From contig JAVECL010000180.1 in NCBI GenBank assembly GCA_051942245.1, positions 1 to 39,121 of the forward strand: a stretch of DNA of 39,121 nt, written 5' to 3'. This document shows, piece after piece, positions 34,673 to 39,121 of the stretch (position 1 is the stretch's first letter; each line of letters opens with the position of its first letter). This DNA comes from Trypethelium eluteriae. Taxonomy: Eukaryota. The notes under the pieces were generated by a model. The model was not told the DNA's origin and made no database searches. It saw nothing but the letters and a program-made list of their open reading frames with translations. Made by a program: the position numbers and the translations under genes.

Positions 34673-35674
34673 TCATGATGATTTCTCAGGCTTTGGTGAA
34701 AACTCATCGGTCTTGTTGTTAGGGTCTTTCCAGGCCGCTGCAACATATCTGCACGTCAATTGTAATCAGTGATGCATTCAACAAATGCAAGATAAATCCA
34801 TTGACGAACTTTGTATGACTTCCTCTTGCAACAAGCTCGTGATTGACGTTAGTGAACCGTATTGATGTGTACGCAAGTGTCTTGCCAACTGCAACATCAT
34901 CAGTAAAGCCAAAGAATTACCATATTTCATTTAAATACACTTATCACATGTGACCTCCTAGAAAATTTGGTCGTTAGCCAACATTCACCAAGGTGTAGTC
35001 TCTAGGAAATGCTCACGGCGCGCAGTGTATCTCCTATGACACCGCCAGAATTCAGGTATGTTACTTGATAGGTATCGGATCAGCGGTTTTGTTTCCTGTC
35101 CTAGGCTTCTGCATACCGCTCAGATCTGTCGATACTCCTGTCGTGAAGAGGCCTTTAGATGCTACTGCCAAGGAACCACCTAGATCGACTACAAAGTTGA
35201 GTCAACCCTGCACTTGTTCTCGAGGTACAGGCTCCTACCCATGCTTGCAATGGTACCTCCGTGGAGAATATTCAGTCTATTCTAATGAACATGTTAGCAT
35301 CACGATTTGTGTTGTGTAAAATGTTTAGGTCGGGAGTAGGTACCGTGTGTTCTTTTTTGATGTCTAACTCAAAGTTGACAGTACCCGGTCGAGCAGCAGT
35401 TACCCGTAGCTTGATAGCATTATATCAGTAATCAATTGACCTGAAACCGAATCAAGAAGCACCAAACATGAATCGACTCACACCATCAAGTAATCTGCAT
35501 GCATGTGAAAATGATTAGTGTCAGCGTGTTTGTGTATGGAGATTTAGAATTACCTTGGCTCAAGTCCCGAATTTGCTCTGAAGGATTGCCAAACCTGATT
35601 GCAATTATTACGAACTCCTGGACCTGATGGTCATACCAAGAACGAACCGAATTGACGAATTTTAGACTCGCCAT
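34673..35674 (-). CDS. PaaI/hotdog-fold acyl-CoA thioesterase (ACOT13/THEM2-like), 160 aa, 10 exons: 35674-35648, 35594-35554, 35494-35482, 35409-35344, 35281-35239, 35188-35117, 35063-35017, 34957-34939, 34888-34810, 34748-34673
   Basis: Nine GT-AG introns of 50-72 nt join 483 nt into MASLKFVNSVWQSFRANSGLEPRLLDGLRVTAARPGTVNFELDIKKEHTNRLNILHGGTIASMVDLGGSLAVASKGLFTTGVSTDLSVTYLNSGGVIGDTLRAEVTCDKFGKTLAYTSIRFTNVNHELVARGSHTKYVAAAWKDPNNKTDEFSPKPEKSS*. This has the N..G/N..HGG..A...D and GVS.D motifs. Confidence 0.92.
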
Positions 35675-35893
35675 TCTTCCAGTATGTCTGAAGAAGTAAG
35701 AGTTTGCCTTGATCTAAAGCACTCATGGGCTTCTTCTGGAGCAGCCAGCAAGGCGGAGCGGAGCGGAGAGCTGGGCGCCGGGAGACGCCCCTATGGGACA
35801 ATTCCATTCTTTGTAGCTTTCACCCATCACTCAAGCGATGATAACTAGGTGACAACATCCTTTTGCGGAGGAGGCTCCACCAACATCGTCACG

Positions 35894-37514
35894 ATGTCGG
35901 CGTCCTCTCTTCGCGCGCTGGAATATCTCCAGGGCTTACCTGGTGCGCTTCTGATGAAGCTATACCAGCAGCCCTCGACCGTCCTAGCTGTATTCAGGCG
36001 GATGCTGCCTCATTTGGGTTCGTATAAATGCCTTTGATGCGTTTTGAGACCTCATGCATGGTACAGCAAGCTGAACTGTTGGCGGAATAGCAAAAACATT
36101 CGTCATGATCATGCTATGGACTCCGAGGGACATGAATATTGAAGATCTTGAGATGATGGTCCAGCCCGATCATAGGAAGTCTGTGTATCGATTAATTATC
36201 GAGTATACTGGTTGCTAATTCCAATATCAGAGAAAAAGAGCAAGCCCTTTCTGTTCTCGATCGCCTCAAGATCCTCACAATCGTCACAGTGAGATCGGCC
36301 ACTGGCAAAATTGCGCGAAAGTATCGCCTCGAGAAGCAATTTAAGAACTCTTTGCGAGCGGCACTCACGGGCGGAGGGTCACACCAATCATTTGGACTAC
36401 CTTGTGACACACCAGGCAAGAAGAAGGTAACACTGGAGTCCTTGGATGGCTTTGCACAAAGACAATGGGAAGCCATACTTTATTATATGGTGGGTAGCGC
36501 GGGTGCAGGCTTGGCTGGAAAAGGGGATATCAGCCCAGGGACCAAAAAGCTACTGGAGTTGGGACAGTTCGTTGTTATGAGGAAAGGTGGTGCAGCAATA
36601 ACTCAAGCCGGATTTACCTTCCTACTTCAGGAGGTAAATGCACAGGTTTGGAGTCTGCTCATCGTCTATCTCGAGAACGCAGAACAGGCAAGTACCACCA
36701 TTCTCGAACGGAGGAGCGTCTTTTCTCTGACTACTTACAGCTGAAAATGGAGCAAGTTGACATGCTCTCATTCCTCTTCATGCTCGGCAGCCTGGAACTT
36801 GGACAGGCCTACAGCACCGAGAAACTCACCCCTACGCAACTGCACATGCTGGACGATCTGACCGACTTCGGTATCATTTACCGTCGAAGTCCTGATCCAG
36901 AGTATTTCTACCCGACTAGACTGGGAACGACACTTACTTCTGATGCCGGTGCTTTGCGAAACTCGAATGCATCACTTGCCAACGCTTTGGGTGCGACAGC
37001 TTCCGACAAAGGGTACATTATTATCGAGACCAACTACCGGGTGTACGCTTATACATCCTCACCGCTTCAGATAGCTGTCTTGAATCTCTTCACTCGTCTT
37101 CATACCCGATATCCAAACATGGTCTCCGGTAAATTGACCAAAGAATCCGTTCAACGTGCCATTACTTACGGAATCACTGCGGAACAAATTATTAGCTACC
37201 TTTCCACACACGCTCACCCTCAGATGCATAAACATACTCCAGTGCTTCCGCCCACTGTTCTCGACCAGATTCGACTCTGGCAAATAGAAGGTGATCGTAT
37301 GAGGGCTACCCCAGGGTTTTTCTTCAAAGAATTCAACACAGCTCAGGAGTATCAAGATGCTGCGAGGTACGCTGATAACCTGGGCGTGTTGGTGTGGAAA
37401 AATGACGGAAAACGGATCTTTTTTGTTACTAAGCACGAGCAGTTGGCACAGTTTCTTAAGAACAGGCTGGAAGAGAAGAGAGTGGCCAGGGAGGTTAAGA
37501 CTGCTCAGAAGTGA
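35894..37514 (+). CDS. TFB2: TFIIH core subunit Tfb2 (p52); exons 35894-36017, 36091-36178, 36231-36687, 36741-37514
   Basis: LYQQPSTVLAVFRRMLPHL|AK, QWEAILYYMVG, ITQAGFTFLLQ, FYPTRL, IIIETNYRVYAYT and PPTVLDQIRLWQIE. The third intron is GC-AG. Confidence 0.95.
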
Positions 37515-37862
37515 AAAAAACAAATGGGTTCTAGAAGGGTGTATAACTGGTATAAAAGCATCCCAAACAGGACATGGCGTTTTGGATGCACTGCGGATGA
37601 CATTGAGGCAATACCATTTGTAAAATACGCACTTTCTTCCTGATCAGTCTGACTTGAAGTGCTGTCTCTGGTTATTGTAGGGATAGGCCATCAAAATATC
37701 GACCAGACGAAGTGGGGCAACTCGAGTTGTTTACGTCCTTCCTGGCGGAAGGTGGGTTTATTGTTCCTTCCTGACCCAGCCAAGTGATCCAGCACTGGGT
37801 CTTGTGCTTTTCCACCACACTTCACTTCCTGAACCCCTTCATCACCACGCCCCAACACGCGA

Positions 37863-39121
37863 ATGACAGTTGTGGAAGCGAGTTCGAATGACTTTAATCT
37901 CCTTGTAGCCAGATGGGAGGAGCTGAGTAACCAGGTAGAGCAGCAGGTCTCAAACAACATGCAGAAACATCGGTCATCACGGATCTCTGCTACCGAACCA
38001 ACTAGCGAAGACCTCAAAAAGTTGCATCGCCTGAGTTCAATCACGTCCATAACGTCATTGGGAAGTACCCACTCTTCCTTCGTCTCGTGGATCCCATTCA
38101 CTCGAAGGCGGCAACCCACAGATGGTCTCAACACCAAGTCTGAGCCAACTGTCTCAGAACCAATATCCAATAGTGGCCAATGGTCAGCCGAGAAAACTCA
38201 AGCAAAAGGCACTGGAAGGACTCCTATGAAACATATCTCAGGAAATATAAATCCCACAGGACATCATGCTGAAAAGCAACCCAGGCCATCACTACCTCGC
38301 AGTAGCACTTTTAGTCACCTGCCCATCAGTACTGCCAGTCGTCAGCCGAGCGAGACGCGTCCTCCATTGGTGTCTTCGCAAACAACCTCTGCCTTACCAT
38401 CAAATAGGATTCCAACACCGACTACCGTTGAGCGCTCACGTATGCAATATCAGCCCAAGCCACTTCCCACAACACCCAAACGCAATGGATCCAGTCGGCC
38501 TCCAAGAGCATCGAGTATTCAGCGATCAAGCACACAGCCTGCACTACCCACGATCGAGGCTACACCACCGTCGGCAGAGAAACCAAAGAAAGAGATTGCT
38601 TCTGCATTTGCGAACACCAGCCAGCATGCTTTGCTCCATCAATCTGCAGCAGCTGCGGAGCGTATTTTCAAGCCGATGTCGGACGATGACATGTGGAAAA
38701 AGATCGAAGAAGCAGAATATGATGCCGAAGACGAGTCACGCATAGTTAGAAAGACTGCTCCTAATCCAACGCCAAGGCGAGCAACAAATTTGCCAAAAAC
38801 AGACGAGCACGCGGGTATTTACTACGTGACGCCAACCACCAAACCTATGCGACGAGGCGAAAGCCAACCAATTGTCGGGCACGATGGGCCTTCAAAGCAT
38901 CGTCCTTTGCGACCATCCCATGGGATCGCTCAGCGTCAACTCCTGCAACCTCTTCTGCCACCTACACCTCCTGCACTACAAAGCCCGCCCCACGTATCCA
39001 AGGCCAAAATCAACCAAATAAAAAGTATCAGGAGTGTCAGTACCACCCAACTTGGCAGCCCCCCAAACGACAGCCCATCAAGCAGCCGCTCCAGCCCGGC
39101 ACGCACCGTGGCTCGCGATCC
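37863..39121 (+). CDS. Hypothetical Ser/Pro/Thr-rich protein, running off the window end
   Basis: Uninterrupted frame of about 419 codons from ATG 37863 (MTVVEASSNDFNLLVARWEELSNQ...LPRSSTFSHLP...AQRQLLQPLLPP...), with an in-frame TGA just upstream. It is absent from the ORF track because it has no stop inside the window. Confidence 0.7.
   Translation, partial: MTVVEASSNDFNLLVARWEELSNQVEQQVSNNMQKHRSSRISATEPTSEDLKKLHRLSSITSITSLGSTHSSFVSWIPFTRRRQPTDGLNTKSEPTVSEPISNSGQWSAEKTQAKGTGRTPMKHISGNINPTGHHAEKQPRPSLPRSSTFSHLPISTASRQPSETRPPLVSSQTTSALPSNRIPTPTTVERSRMQYQPKPLPTTPKRNGSSRPPRASSIQRSSTQPALPTIEATPPSAEKPKKEIASAFANTSQHALLHQSAAAAERIFKPMSDDDMWKKIEEAEYDAEDESRIVRKTAPNPTPRRATNLPKTDEHAGIYYVTPTTKPMRRGESQPIVGHDGPSKHRPLRPSHGIAQRQLLQPLLPPTPPALQSPPHVSKAKINQIKSIRSVSTTQLGSPPNDSPSSSRSSPARTVARD

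Noticed and set aside
5406..37514. Apparent clustering of RNA-metabolism genes (UTP17, RPB10, eIF4G, HPR1, SKI2, TFB2)
   Set aside because: These are unrelated housekeeping complexes interspersed with other genes, which is what a gene-dense core chromosome region looks like. There is no evidence of a functional cluster.

Overview
This is a gene-dense, intron-containing chromosomal segment from a filamentous ascomycete (Pezizomycotina), with short GT-AG introns and CTRAY branch points. By joining exons I read 16 protein-coding genes, in this order: mitochondrial GatA/Her2 (partial), a secreted Yhr202w-like 5'-nucleotidase/metallophosphatase, an intronless bacterial-type GST, an SMP/LEA-like micro-gene, UTP17, RPB10, TOM6, a Gly/Thr-repeat hydrophilin-like micro-gene, eIF4G, a homeodomain transcription factor with a ~3.5 kb upstream region, THOC1/HPR1, CSM3, SKI2, a 10-exon PaaI/ACOT13 thioesterase, TFB2 and a partial hypothetical gene. 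The ORF track recovers only fragments of the thioesterase. I recognised no tRNA, rRNA, transposon or CRISPR array, and found no clearly new multi-gene system. The most interesting signals are at the RNA level: a 282-nt stop-free in-frame intron in eIF4G; a uORF whose UAG abuts a splice donor and is in frame with the homeodomain ORF; competing base-pairing over an intron branch point; and non-canonical splice sites. All splice models were inferred by eye, without transcript data.
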